Virus record (IMG/VR): IMGVR_UViG_3300027770_000026
Span: 124,001-188,000 of that record
Length of the DNA: 64,000 nt
Reading direction: 5' to 3' (one strand)
Shown here: positions 45,988-59,300 of the stretch, piece by piece
Layout of the letters: every line of letters starts with the position of its first letter
How positions within the stretch are numbered: position 1 is the stretch's first letter
The notes under the pieces: model-generated
What the model was told of the DNA's origin: nothing
Databases searched by the model: none
Seen by the model: the letters and a program-made list of their open reading frames with translations, nothing else
Position numbers and translations under genes: made by a program

Positions 45988-48252
45988 TTACGCTATCTTC
46001 ATTATGAAGTATAGGGTGTAGTATGGAGGCAACGTACTTACAGTATGGGTATGTACCCCATCGCTATTGATTGCGTGAGTATGTGGGTCTCCTGCTCCAA
46101 CACTGCCAACCAATGGTGTTGATAGACCGTTAGTTGATCTGTATGCGCCAACAGAAGCAGGGCCTGTTATCGACTTACCAGCAACTGCAAGACCTGGTGC
46201 ATTGTTAAATCCGTATGACACGTTATCGGTGTCAGTTCCTCCATCAACATATAATGTGTGTGCGTGTGATGGCAGTTCTCCCGCAGTTAGTACGTGCCCG
46301 CCTGTTAGGCCACCATGCGTGTGTGCACCGTTTGACGCCGTTGTACTAGAGCTGCTGCCACCTTCATAGCGAACTTCGCCCGGTGTTGTTGCTGGATTGC
46401 TGTAGTCTGCGCTTGCGCCCATTACAAACTTATTAACTAAGTTTGGTGTGCCGCTGGTGCCGTCACAAATATGCCAATTGGCAGGAACCGCAGCAGCAGT
46501 ACCGTACCACATGATTATTGATCCAACCGGAAGTGTAGTTGACGCGGCACTAATGTCAACATTAACTGTGTTACCAACAGACGAAGTTACGTTAACGTCA
46601 GTGCCGGTAAAGTTAATAGTTGTCACACCCGATGAAGTGCCTACACCTGAACCAGTGTCCTGTACTGTTACACCTGATATACCAGTTCCGTACGTTGTGA
46701 TTGCACTTCTTACAAATGCGGTAGTTGCAATCTTAGTTGAGTTGTCACTTGTTGCCGGAGTAGTTGATATTGGAGCGCCAGTAAAGGTAGGACTTGCAAT
46801 ATCTGCCTTAACATCCACATAAGCTTTTGTTGCAGGATGTGAATTTGCACTTGGTGTTGGCACTGTAATTGTTGCGCCAGTGAAGTTATGCGTTCCGGTA
46901 AAAGTATTGCCAGACTTTAATGCATAGTCGCCTTCAATTACAGTTACACGGTTAGCTACTGTAGTTAGGTCGCTAACATTTGCCTTAGTAATCAGTGTAC
47001 CTGTAATAACATCCTGTACAAACTTAGTATTAGCAATCTGTGCATCGCTTTGTGCAAGATTGCTAATATTTGGTACTGTAGGAATACCAGTTAGGTCAGT
47101 ATTATCAAACTGACCTTTAACATATTCTGTGGTTGCAATACGTGTGCTATTTTCGCTAAACGACAGTACTCCGGTTGCAGTTGGTGCTCCTGTTAGTACT
47201 GTATTGTTAAACTGTGCCTTAACATATGCTGTGGTTGCAAACTTTGTAGTATTGTCTGAAGTTGATGCAGTTACACCAGTGACGGTGCTAGCAAATACTG
47301 CTGCTCCGTCAACTTGTAATGTACCTGTGCCTGCAACATGCAATGTTGCTGCAGGGGAGGCAGTATTAATACCAACTTCTTGTCCTGTTGTTACAGTGAA
47401 TGTACTTTGTAATCCAGTACCATTGGTAGTCTGTAGATAGATGTTCCCGCCATTAACTGTGTTGCTTATGCGGAAGTTATTGCTTTGTGGGTATAGTTGA
47501 ATCTGAGATGCTGACCCAACACTTAGGCCAGTGTTAGCATTCAATGTTCCGGCAATAACTCCATTTGCATTGTTACGAATAATGTTATTAGCCGATAAAG
47601 TACTTGTACCGTCTTTGAGTGTTTCTGCAACAGTTGCAAGTCCACGAATCTTAAAGTCCCAGGTAGTATCGTCGCCAATGTTTAGTCCTGGTGCTAGTGT
47701 TGGTAAAGGAACGCTCTTGAATCCAATTTGCGCACTTGCAGGTACAAATGTTTCGTCTGTAATGATTGCCACGTTCTTGTTATTAACCAATACACGCAGT
47801 ACAGTGTGCGAGCCGCCCGCAGTGTCGATGATTGTATCAGCTAGTACTTGTGTTTCTGCTATACCTGATGGGCCAACTAAACGGAAAGAACCGCCGCTAT
47901 AAACATACAACTTTCTGTCGTTGGTATCAAACCATAATTGATTTTCTACTGGACTAGTTGGTTGAGAGTTTTGAAATACGCCGGTAACTAAACTGTTAAA
48001 TTGCGAACCTGAATAAACTTTGAGACTCTTACCTGCCTTATCGTACCATAGCTGACCGGTTAAAGGACCAGTAGGTGCAGTAACTGCTGCAAAGTTTTCT
48101 GCTAGGTGAACAATGTTTTCATTCAGTGCTTCACCAAATGCAACATAGTTTTTACCTATTAGAGTTAAACCTGCTTGTTCTACTGCAGTGCCTTGTGGTA
48201 CGGTTAAAAATACCGAACCATCGCTTTTATTAATTTCGTAATTAACGGTCAT
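45988..48252 (-). CDS. tail fibre with tail-collar domain and His-repeat tip
   Basis: ATT.(Y/F)V repeats, PVGSIIMW...W.ICDG..GTPNL, HTH/HAH motifs and LPPYY.L.FIMK. Confidence 0.88.
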   Translation of the reverse strand: MTVNYEINKSDGSVFLTVPQGTAVEQAGLTLIGKNYVAFGEALNENIVHLAENFAAVTAPTGPLTGQLWYDKAGKSLKVYSGSQFNSLVTGVFQNSQPTSPVENQLWFDTNDRKLYVYSGGSFRLVGPSGIAETQVLADTIIDTAGGSHTVLRVLVNNKNVAIITDETFVPASAQIGFKSVPLPTLAPGLNIGDDTTWDFKIRGLATVAETLKDGTSTLSANNIIRNNANGVIAGTLNANTGLSVGSASQIQLYPQSNNFRISNTVNGGNIYLQTTNGTGLQSTFTVTTGQEVGINTASPAATLHVAGTGTLQVDGAAVFASTVTGVTASTSDNTTKFATTAYVKAQFNNTVLTGAPTATGVLSFSENSTRIATTEYVKGQFDNTDLTGIPTVPNISNLAQSDAQIANTKFVQDVITGTLITKANVSDLTTVANRVTVIEGDYALKSGNTFTGTHNFTGATITVPTPSANSHPATKAYVDVKADIASPTFTGAPISTTPATSDNSTKIATTAFVRSAITTYGTGISGVTVQDTGSGVGTSSGVTTINFTGTDVNVTSSVGNTVNVDISAASTTLPVGSIIMWYGTAAAVPANWHICDGTSGTPNLVNKFVMGASADYSNPATTPGEVRYEGGSSSSTTASNGAHTHGGLTGGHVLTAGELPSHAHTLYVDGGTDTDNVSYGFNNAPGLAVAGKSITGPASVGAYRSTNGLSTPLVGSVGAGDPHTHAINSDGVHTHTVSTLPPYYTLYFIMKIA

Positions 48253-49586
48253 TGGTTATCCGCCTGTTCCGTGTAAACTAGCTTTTCGCCTGTTAGCTTT
48301 TCTAACAAACGAGCCATCTTAAGCATGTCTACGTTAATCTTTTTGCCGCCACGTTGACTGTAATACGACCAAGCCATTGGCTCACTTGGACCTTCTGGGA
48401 TCAGACTAAAGTTGTGGGGCGATATCTGTGTGTCGTTTCCAGCAGAGTCCATAACAAACATTTCGCCACCGCTGACATAAAATAATGCAGCACCTGCTAC
48501 GCCTGCGGAGGGGATAACACCGTCAAATATGACCAAGCTGTTTTCTGCACCACTTGGGCTTGTTGTTCCGCCGATCAATATGTTACCGTTTGTTGGTCTA
48601 AGAACAATTGCGCCAGTTGATCTAGTATTAGCTACTATAATGTCAGTGCCTGATATGCTAATGGTAGCAGATCCGATTGAACCTATAGTTAGACCCGAGT
48701 TACTCACTGATGTAAAGCCGGTATTAGTTCTAACTACACCCGACACATCTAGTGCTGCTACGGGATCAGTCTTGTTAATGCCAACATAACCCGATGAACT
48801 GGTTAAGCCAACGCCTGCAACTGTTAGTACTTTATTGGCTTGTCCCGAACTTGCTTTAGCTTCTAGGTATACAACGCCGCTATTCTCGGTATTTGCAAGT
48901 GTTACTGAACCAGTTGCTGTTTTAATTGCACCTTGTGCAGTATCACCAATTAAGAATCCGTTATTGTTTGTGAGATATAATTGTGCAGTGGATGGCATTG
49001 TCATGCCAATTACTACATCGCTAAATCCAGTCTCGCCATCTGCCGTATATGCATCCTCGCTGAATGCGGCAACGCGAGAATTACCAACATACATGCTGAT
49101 AATTTCGTGTGATCCAGGCGAAGGTTGCGTATCTGCTGCAGTATCGTGTTCTAATCCGTTTTTACCTAAGCCTGGATCTGCTAGTGGGCCAATTAGTCTT
49201 GCGGATGCTGTTATGTCTGTCCCTTGACTCTTGACATACAATTGTCCAGTTGAGGAATTAAGCCAAAAGTCACCCTGCTTCCAGTATGCTGTAGGTTCTG
49301 TAGTAGAAACGTATGGGCCGCCAACTTCTTTGAAGCGAGAGCCATCATAAACTTTAAGTTTAGCAACTGTGGACGTCTTGTCGTACCAAAGCTGTCCTGT
49401 TATGGGCTTTGTTGGGGAGCTAGTATTCGCAAAGTTTTCTAGCAGCTTTACAAAATTCTGATTCTGAGCTAATCCAAAACTGAAATAGTTTTTACCTATC
49501 AGCGTTAGGTCAGTTGTATTATCCGCGGTACTATCTGCTACTGAAACTAGCGTAGTACCGTCGGTTTTTGTAATTAAATAGGCCAT
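48249..49586 (-). CDS. tail fibre/baseplate-attached fibre paralogue
   Basis: Same N-terminal LTLIGKNY...LLENFA...GQLWYD domain as the two downstream fibres. ATG at 49586. Confidence 0.8.
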   Translation of the reverse strand: MAYLITKTDGTTLVSVADSTADNTTDLTLIGKNYFSFGLAQNQNFVKLLENFANTSSPTKPITGQLWYDKTSTVAKLKVYDGSRFKEVGGPYVSTTEPTAYWKQGDFWLNSSTGQLYVKSQGTDITASARLIGPLADPGLGKNGLEHDTAADTQPSPGSHEIISMYVGNSRVAAFSEDAYTADGETGFSDVVIGMTMPSTAQLYLTNNNGFLIGDTAQGAIKTATGSVTLANTENSGVVYLEAKASSGQANKVLTVAGVGLTSSSGYVGINKTDPVAALDVSGVVRTNTGFTSVSNSGLTIGSIGSATISISGTDIIVANTRSTGAIVLRPTNGNILIGGTTSPSGAENSLVIFDGVIPSAGVAGAALFYVSGGEMFVMDSAGNDTQISPHNFSLIPEGPSEPMAWSYYSQRGGKKINVDMLKMARLLEKLTGEKLVYTEQADNQ

Positions 49587-49654
49587 TACGTTAAATTCCT
49601 TATCCAACTATTTATTGCAGTTGGACCAAAAGCCCTAACGCAATCTACAGCCAG

Positions 49655-50242
49655 TTATACAGTCTCTGTAAATGTTGTGAAGCTTTGAATTCGTAGGGTG
49701 TAATCCACCTGAATAATACGATTCAAACTCTTCTGAACGGGGTGGAATACAACATGGGTAATCAAACGCTTGTTTGTGCCCGTGTTATCGTCCCAACACT
49801 TTAGTCCCAATTCGTCAAACACATAGTCACTAGTACTGGTTGCGTTGTCAAATGCTTCTTGCCCAAGAGGCTCGCCGTAGTCTAGTGTGCAAGTAACTAC
49901 GATATCAGTATACTTCTTGCCTACAGTGTGGCGAACTTCCAAACGATTACGTGCAGGATCAGTATTGAGCCCGTTGTTGTCGTTTACAGTCTTGTAATAA
50001 GTTTCATTATGCAGTCCTGCACTTTGATTCAGCGTGTTTGGGGCTAGGTATGTGATAATTCCCGTGCTGTCGATGGTTGTCCCACCGTTGCCAAACGCCA
50101 TTTCTTGAATGAACCCATGTCCGCGATCTGCTAGTGCATTAGCCATAGCAATTGAAATGTTTTCATAATGGATAGCGTTGTCCTTATCCACTAGTATAAT
50201 GCCAGTCTCTGGCTCCCAAATCTTAATATGTCCCTGAATCAT
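49655..50242 (-). CDS. baseplate-associated structural protein
   Basis: 195 aa with MAFGNGG, FDELGL and THVVFHPVQKS motifs, in the baseplate operon. Confidence 0.7.
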   Translation of the reverse strand: MIQGHIKIWEPETGIILVDKDNAIHYENISIAMANALADRGHGFIQEMAFGNGGTTIDSTGIITYLAPNTLNQSAGLHNETYYKTVNDNNGLNTDPARNRLEVRHTVGKKYTDIVVTCTLDYGEPLGQEAFDNATSTSDYVFDELGLKCWDDNTGTNKRLITHVVFHPVQKSLNRIIQVDYTLRIQSFTTFTETV

Positions 50243-50243
50243 G

Positions 50244-50381
50244 TTATTCTGACCTCTGTTCTACTAAAACTTCACCAGTTTCTGCATCGATTATCTTAAG
50301 TTTGCCCGAAAATAGCAGTCCTGCTGCATCATTTGGTGCTTGCTTATCCTCGCTTGCGGGTAGGTTAGTATCGTTATTCAT
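50244..50381 (-). CDS. 45-aa microprotein (MNNDTNL...SGKLKIIDAETGEVLVEQRSE)
   Basis: Fills the gap, TAAATA 5 nt before ATG, stop 1 nt before the next ATG. Confidence 0.75.
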   Translation of the reverse strand: MNNDTNLPASEDKQAPNDAAGLLFSGKLKIIDAETGEVLVEQRSE

Positions 50382-50389
50382 ACGTGTAT

Positions 50390-53300
50390 TTATGATATGT
50401 CAAATACCGTAGTTTTTTCTCTAATAAAGATAGCCCATTGAGTATCAGTATCAGCCATGCTAGACGTTGGGTCTGTTACATCATACCAGTTATAAGCTTG
50501 CTTGATTGCAAGTACAACTCGTAGCCCACTCTTAGGTGCTTCGTTAAACGTAACCTGATAGTACGATCCTGCGCTTTGATCCACTGTATAGCCTGATGTC
50601 ATCTTTTTACCAGCTACGTATACTAGCACCGAGTCCGTATCATGTTCGGAAGTAGTCAGTAGTAATGGCAGCGCAAAAGACACAGTGGCTCCGTTTGCAG
50701 AGTATGTTTCGCTATTCATGTACTCGGATGCGGGTAACTGATTTCTGTAGCTCATGTCCACTGCAAGTGTACCTACGCGATGATTTCCTGCGCCGGTGCC
50801 TTTCGTTGCTCTTCTCAAACGACTAATGTAGTCTGACCCTTTCTCCCAGTATTCAATTCGTTCCTTGCCAATCATTACTACGCCCGGACGATTGATTAGC
50901 GGGGACGGTGCAACAAGTGCAGAAGCATTAGTTAGATAAATTCTGTCACTGGCTGTAGTAACTGCTTGAGAAACTGTTGTTGAGTTTTCCAATGGTAATC
51001 TGTATGCACTCAGGCTGCCCATCATATCTTTGAATACCCTAAAGCCTATTGTTGAGCTAGTAGTTGATGTTCCTGCAAAGTAGTGAACAACAATTACGTC
51101 ATTGTCGTCAATGCCGCCTGCAATATTCACTATTCTATTGGATTCGGCTTGTAAGTACCATCCTACGACAGGAGCAATGTATACTCCGTTCTTGTATACT
51201 TGTACACGGTTAACTGCAATAATATCATCGCTCAGAACAATCTGTCCGCGAGAATAGAAGTTTGCAAGTTGTTGCTGTGTTGGACTTAATCCAATTCCGT
51301 ATATGCCATATCCTTGATACTGAATGTGCAGTGTATTATCAATGCCAAACACTTCTGTTCTGATACCGGTTAGCGCAGTGTCGTTATACGTTGTAACTAG
51401 TATTTTAGTATTAGTAGAACCGTCGTCTACCATTGATGTCAGTGTTAAGGTGCTACCTTGTACATAGTAATCGCCGCTTGGTAATACTGTTATAGTAACT
51501 ACATCGTTTAGTGCGGGTGTAGCCGTCAACGTAACAACGCCTGAACTGTAACTGCTAATAGATACTATTTGGCCGTTAACTGTTGCTTGAATATCGCCCG
51601 CTACTAGTCCCGCAATATTAAAGTTTGGGCATACTGGTATGTTAAATTGAGCAGTTGCTCCGGTGCCTAGTGCGTATGCTGTTGCAGGCGGGGTTAAACG
51701 TAAGCCTGCTTCTGCACCTTCTGCAACAGCATATGCAATTGTACTAGTGCTCAATGGGGCTGGCGCGCCAGATGGATTTGTTATTGTATAATTCAATGAT
51801 CCATTAATAAAAATTGATTCTACAAAACTTTCTGTGTAGTTTTTGAGATCAACCGGTACACCTGCTACTGTGAGGTATGAAACAATTCTAATTACTGCCC
51901 CAATTGCAGGAGCAGGACTAATAGTTACTAATACATCATTTTCATAAGGAGCTGAATCGCTTGCAAAGGTATGTGCGGTCTTTATTCCATCAACTACAAC
52001 AATACATTGACGCAATGGATTATCAAGTCCTACTCCGGTTACTCGAAACACTTCGCTAGATCCGTTACCTACAAAGTTTTGAACTTGTTCTACGCTTGGC
52101 CCATTATCGTTTGTTACTACAGCAGTGATAATGCTGTTTGCTGCAGGTGCCGTATTAAATTGTAACTCTGCATTTATTTGTCCCAATATGTTAGAGTAAT
52201 CAATAATATATGCAACACCTGGATCCTGTACCAGTCCGTTAACAAATACTGTTATATTATCGACACTACTTGGTACTGGGTTGAGCGCAAAATACGTAGT
52301 TGTTCCGTTTCCTGATATTGTTTGGATACTAATATTCTGATTTTGTGACTCAGCTGTGAATACCTTAACATCCAATGCGTCAAACACTTGCCCCGACACT
52401 AGTTCTTCTGTGCTTGGTGTCGTATCTGGTCCAATGAAGCTGCCGCCCGAATTAGAAACTTCAGCAGATGGGTCGTAACCGCTAGACGACGCAAATCGTC
52501 CACCAGATTGATATGTGTCATACCCGCCTAATTCTACTAAGTTGCCGTACGGGTCTAGTTCCCAATTGTCAAAATCAACAGAATCAAATCCACGCGCCTG
52601 ACTTGCAAAGCCTGGTCCAGTTGAGAATTTAGGACTTACAATCTTAGTCTGATCGTAATCTGCTCCTAACAACAATGGCAGTAACGGAGGATTCAATATC
52701 AACGATATAGTTGTATTGTTACTTGGTGCTGTTGCAAAGTTTATGGTCATCTCGCTTGGATACACCGTGTAATCGCTTGGCTCTACTAGAATATCGCCCA
52801 ATGCAACCTGCATTAATTCTTCGTACATGAAGTCTTGTGGCAGGTCAAATGTAGTGGTTACGCCGTCGCCAATATGTGTTTGAATAATTCTTTCTGGTAT
52901 GCCGGCTTGTCCAGGTTGCGGATCGTAGAATGCTGCAATTCTATCGGCTGCATGCCAATCGTCAAATCCTGGATTATCCTGTGCAGGATCGCGTGTTTCC
53001 GGATAAAGAATATCTGCTGTTCCCTTAACACGGTCAAATCTCATTCCAGTTTTAAACATTCTAACTGGAGTCTTACCTAGTACTGCATATGCTCTTGCGC
53101 CCGATCCATGTCCGGGCAAGCTAACGATTTCTACTGTTGGGGGAGTCAGATATCCCTCGCCTTCGTCTACTACTATGATTTGACGAATTGCATCAAGATT
53201 TACTACACCTGGGCCGCCTGCTACGTTTGCAAGCACATCACCTGGCAAGTCTGTAGTATCAATTGAACTGTCCTTAATTGCTTGCTGATCCAACCATAGC

Positions 53301-56300
53301 TTTCTAGCAGAGAAATAATTATCCGCACCTAATGTTTCAAACGATTGTGCAAATCCTAAATTTACTGCGTAAGCACTAGCAAGTCTGACGTTTCCTTCTA
53401 GTACAGTTTTACCGCCTGTTAACTTAATTGTTGGCGCAATGTCGTATCCAGTACCACCGTCAGCTACTACGATTGCAACTACGCTGTATCCTCGGTTATC
53501 TCTGTAACTGCGCCATGGCCATTCATTTTCAAATCTGCTTGCTTGCTCCGGGTCGTCAACTACACTTGTTTCATAGTGGTTATCAACTAGATGAGGAGGG
53601 CAGTCAAAGTCTGTTGTCAGACTACCAAACACGTCCTTGCCCGAGTATACAGAAGTGTATTCTCGTATCTTAGTATGATAAGGTTTGACTTCTGTAATAT
53701 ACTTTTCTAAGCTGTCGTCTATGTCTAGCGCGTACACAGGACGTTCTGCAAGTTCAGCAACAAAGTGTTTGACTTTAATGAAGCTACTCTTGAATGCCCA
53801 GTCTAGCTGACGCTGTTCAACTAATGCATGACGGACCATACGGAAAAACCAGCTGTTCCACAAATACTTGTATTCATTTACAAATACGTTGTCACGCATT
53901 GCTGTCAGAATGTTTCTAAGTTCAATGGTAGGCTCAGAGTCAAATACTGCACTGTCAAACGAACTTGTATCAAATGACATTGATGTATTGAAATCTGCTG
54001 CAGTGATGTCTAGCTTAATAGTGCCGTTTTCCAGTGCCATTATGGTGGTATCACCTGTTGAATCCTTACGCAGAACTCTCCAGTAGCCCGGACCCAATAC
54101 TTTAACATTAGTATCTACATAATTGCTGTCCTGAAACTCTTGCTCAGTAGCAAGTGTTACTGCTGCGATTGATCCCTCGGGATAGTCTGTAGAATAATAA
54201 TCAAGTCGCGACCAATAGCGTGTTGTATCGTATTTCTGTACACGTGATAGCATTAAGTTTGTGCCGTCCCACATATAGATCGTCCACAAATTTTTACGTG
54301 TCTCGTCGCTTTCAACTAGCAACAAATATCCTGCAGGTTTTGCCAGCAAGTCGCTAACAATAATATCTGCGTATGTAGGAACAGATTCGTCCCAGTTTTG
54401 ATACTCGGTAGTAAGTGTTGTTGAGCCATCGTCAAACGTTGTATCACCTGTGTCGATTGTTAAGTCTTGAACTTCCATGATCAATGGCTGTGGATCAGAC
54501 TGATTCATTGTGCCTAGATCAACATCTTCAACAATGATAGATGCTAGATATTCATTTAGATATTCTGCGCAAACTTCAATTGCCCCTACACGGTCGTTAA
54601 ACATTGTCTGACGTGGACGAATCTTAACGCCCAGTCGCTTGTGCGCAGCTAGTTCAACATCTGGTACATTATTTCCTGCTAGGTCACGCCCCGTCAGGCT
54701 GTCGACCATCTTGTTAACAAGTGAAGTTGGCGGTGCAACGTTATCGCCTTCGCTTAACAATGTCCATTCTACGTGACGTGGGCTATTTTGCTCAACTCGC
54801 AGAACTTCAATTTGTAGAATTTGTTCGCCGTCTACTAAATTATCACGCAAGTTTTGAGTAACAACTCCGGCACTGCCCGCAGCAGCTACCCATTGGTATG
54901 GGCCATTAGTTAATGCTGTTGCGATGCTTGCTACACTCAGTGTTTTCTTACTTGACTGCGAGATAGACTGCTTGCCCGCAACCCAGAAGTAGTATCGGAA
55001 CACCGTAGCGCCGTTGCTGTCTGTTGTAACTTTGGTATTATACGGCTGCAGTCCGCCCAGTGGAGGTGTACCCATTGACGGAGTCATACCATTGACATTG
55101 TACGCTGACGGCACTGTGGTGCTTTCAATCCATTCACATACAGTAATAGTACTGCCTGGGAATAATTGACCCCAGTTCTTTATCTTGTACGATAAGTCGC
55201 CTTGTTCATACCATAACCATACTGCAGTTGAATTATCCCACCATGTAGTTCCAACTTTTTCTTCTGCCCAGAAAGTATTTCCGGGCGAATTCTCTTGATA
55301 GATAGATGGGTCAATTGATAATGTATAATCAACATTGATCATAGCTTCACTGTCGTGTAGATCCTTTAGCGGATCCCATAAAGATAAGAACTCAATAACC
55401 TGATCTTGTACTGGATCGTAGCTGAGTGCGCGATTAATTAGTTTAGTATCAACCACTTGCTCTTGTTGTGTTTCTGCAGCCCATCCGTCTTGCGTATTAT
55501 CGTATTCGTATATCTTGCCGCGAACTGACCAAGGACTTGCAATGATAACTGTATCGTTTACTTCCGATAGTGCTGAACCAAATCCTGTAGTAGAATCATC
55601 TACTGCACTAATAGGATTGAATACAGATCCTTCCCACACATACTGTGTACTATATAAACTCGAACCCGGTGCTGCGCCGTAACGACTGTGCAATCCAAAG
55701 CTTTCTACTGCACCGTATCCAATGATTACATCTGTAAATGTAGTGTCGTTGGCATCAAAAGTTGTTGTACTGCTATCCAGTATTAACTTCCATACATATG
55801 GTGCAGTTGGGTTGCCTACTAGTAGCTTGCCGCTGGTTGTAAACTTAACAGTTTTACCAAACAAGTTTAATCCGTTAGTGTTTGGTCCAGTTAGTACCTG
55901 TGTTAACGACGCAGTTCCTGATGTTGCACTAAAGTCGTAGATTCTAACAATACCGTCAGACACTAGTGTATCAAATGTAGTGTCGCCTGTATCAATGATT
56001 GTGCCAAACGTATCGTAAGTAGTGAATCTTGATCCCACTGCCACACGTACATTTTCACCAACTGTAGTAATGTCAATTGGGTGCTGCGACTTAATGGGGA
56101 TACTTGTAGTCCCTGTTACGATCGCATTTATGTCTTGTGTTAGAATACCGTTCTCGTCAATAGTATACACATAAATGTGGCCATTACCTGCAGTATCTAG
56201 TATTGCTACCTTGTTAGAGTCTGCGGCCATTACAATACCAGTACCTGTTGCTGTTTGTGTAACAGGCGCTAGTTGTATGCTGTATGTATCAGTTGCTGCA

Positions 56301-59300
56301 GCAGAGCCTGTGTATGCAGTGTGTGTGCCCAAACCTACTACAGGAGTAGTAAGATCTTCGTCAATATATAAACTTACAGCAAAGTTATCAATCTTTTCTA
56401 CATAGAATGTACCGCCGTTAATAGCATTGCTGTTTGACTGTACAACTCCTGTTACACCTGTGATAGTAATTGCTTGTTTGTCACTAAGTCCGTGATAGAG
56501 ATTTAGTGCAATTGTTCCAGCTGCTGTTGCAGTCTTAGATAGTGTAATTCTGTTTACGCCCGGAGTATAATCTTCTTCTATATTAATAATGACTGTGTTA
56601 CTTTGAACACCGGTACCTGATACTTGTGTACCAATCTGTACGCCTGCAACAGAACTAGCTGTTGTCACGTATGCACTTGATACGGAAGTAGTGCATGCTG
56701 CAATACCAAATGTCATGTCAATTGGGTCAGGGTACGAATTAACTGTTATATTTTTAACAGGTAATGTAAAGTTACCATACTTCAATTTGTAAATTGTAGC
56801 TTCGCCGGGTGAACCAATTAGCATTAGCGTATCGCTTACACGGGCAAGTGTTGTGCCAAACTTAGCACTGGTTATACCCACAGGAGCGTCAATGGTATAT
56901 CCCAATGTCCAGTCGCCTGTTGGTCCTCTGTTCCAAACTTGTACAGAGCCGTACTCTGTACCAATTATACTATTAGCAGGGCACCCAATAATTAGAGTTT
57001 CGCTGTCCAAGTGTGATATTGAATAACCAAATTCACATGCTGCACTTACGTCCGATGTACTACCGCGTAGTCTATCAACATATGCTAGATCGCCGCCTGC
57101 TTCTGAGCGTTCAAAAATTAATACTGCCTGATCGGTTTGCCCGCCGGCAGCAGTTGCTTCTGCTCTTGCTGCAGTCCAAATAATTGAACGATATGTCCAT
57201 GCGTGTACCCTGGATCCAGTAACTGAATAGTTAGAAGTTGGGGCAGTTAGCCCAGCTGGTTGCGGGCCCACTAGCCATGGATCTTGTTTCTTTAGAACTG
57301 CCCATCCGCCATCGTATGCATCGATCCATAGACGATCGCCTACTTCACTTTCGTACACACGAACTGCAGAGTCTATGTGACTTGAATACGCTACACCTGC
57401 TGCAGTATATGTATTATAAGCCTGTGAGTTTACGGGAATTGTTAGTGCTTGATCGTCGTACAACGAAATCTTATTTGTGCTTACATATTTTGCGTAGTAA
57501 ACTTTGCCGTTAAGTTCAGCCATTCCCGCAATACGATCAATAATTAAACGTTCGCCGCCAATATATGAATGATCGTTGGCAAATGTTAGCACCACTGGGT
57601 TAGTGTTAGTTGCTGCAGTAATAACGTTAAATTCTACTGAATTAAAATTATTGTACTGGACTGGTAGTAACTTAACAATGAAGGCACTAAAGGTATCACC
57701 CTCGTTCAATCCGGTACCGTTAACTATTGTAAAGCTAGTAGTAGATTCAACAGTTTGTACAACTTGATATCCGTTTATACCTGGTACAGGTTGTAGTTGC
57801 CCTGGAGCAGATACCTCGGAGTATGTCAAATCGTCTAGAGTGACTAGCCAGATATCTTCATTTTCTGCAAGATCAAGCTTGCTGTCCAATGACACTACAT
57901 CATTAGCTAGTATTGTTATATTAAATGGGCCAAAACGCTTAGTCTTGTAGATGGCCGAATCAGTTAGTGCTGTTTGTGCAACCCAAATAATTGTGCCATT
58001 TTTGTTCATCAGACTTGCATTGATGTTTGATAGTTGATCGTGCGATAGCACTGTTGCATCAACCTGATCTATTCTTGCATAGCCTGCATATTTTTGTTTG
58101 AATTTTGCTGTAGTCAGCGGGAAGATGCTTCCGCTAACACGTTCGCCTTGATCAAGAATTTTGTCTGCAGGTATTCCTACAACATTACGTTCGTAAGATG
58201 TTGCGTTATCTAGATCTAGTGCTATCTTAGAAAATTCTAAATCGTTTGAGTCTAGTAGTAATTCAACTTCGTCTGTGTTATCTGCTAGACCAAATTCGCC
58301 AATACGGAATGCCCATTCGTCTTTGATATCAACTGACAATTCACTGTTAGGATTAATGCCGCGTAGTAACTTGGTTACTGCTTGCTCTGTACCCTTTTGC
58401 GTAATCATGCCTTGATAGAACTTAAACTGAGATTCGTCATCTACTAATAATGACTGTAGATAATCTCTTGGCTGGAATCCAATCAAGTGACGAGCATAAG
58501 AACTAACGTCGCTTGTAATCTGATCAACACTGAGGTCATAGAACTGTTCAAGACGCGCAGCCATTGATTCTAAGTTTGGCTGCAGGAACTTCTTAGGTTG
58601 CTTTGCCAGCTTCTTCCACTTAGAATAATCAAATATATCACCACTGTTATGCACAGTTGTTGTTATGTATACTGTGGTGCTAATCTTAACAAGATCGCCA
58701 TTTCTGTAATCTGTGTAACTCTGCCAATCGTTGATGTTAGCTTGATCTAGGGTGAAGCCTGGTGCAAACAGTTTACCATTCCAACTATTGCTCTTACTTC
58801 CCTTAATCTTTAAACGTTCTTGTCTTGCGCCAGTTGTTGAATCAAATACGATATCACTGAAATCAGTCTTATCGTCAAACACAACCAAATGGTCAAACTC
58901 GCTTATAACTGCTTTTAGCAAGTAGATTGAGCGATCTGCTGTAACAGACGATACTGTGATTAGGTCAAAGTTTCTGTCTACTGCAATGCTGTTTGCACGT
59001 AGTGGTGTACCGTTTTGATCCAACACGCCGTTAGGATCCGAATATACTCCGTACAGTGGGTCAAGGTCACCTTGCGGGACATACATCTGCACAAACTGAC
59101 TTGCAGGGCTTAGTGTTAACGACGACCCGTTGTTCCAGTTCTGTAGACTCCAAAATAGGAATTCTCTACCAGATAGTATCCAATTGCGAATTGAGCCTAG
59201 GTCATTGTCGAACTGATCAAATACAAATCCTTGATTTTCTAGATAACGTCCGTATGCAATTATAAAGTCAAATACTTCTTGCGCAGTTGAAAAGACGGTT

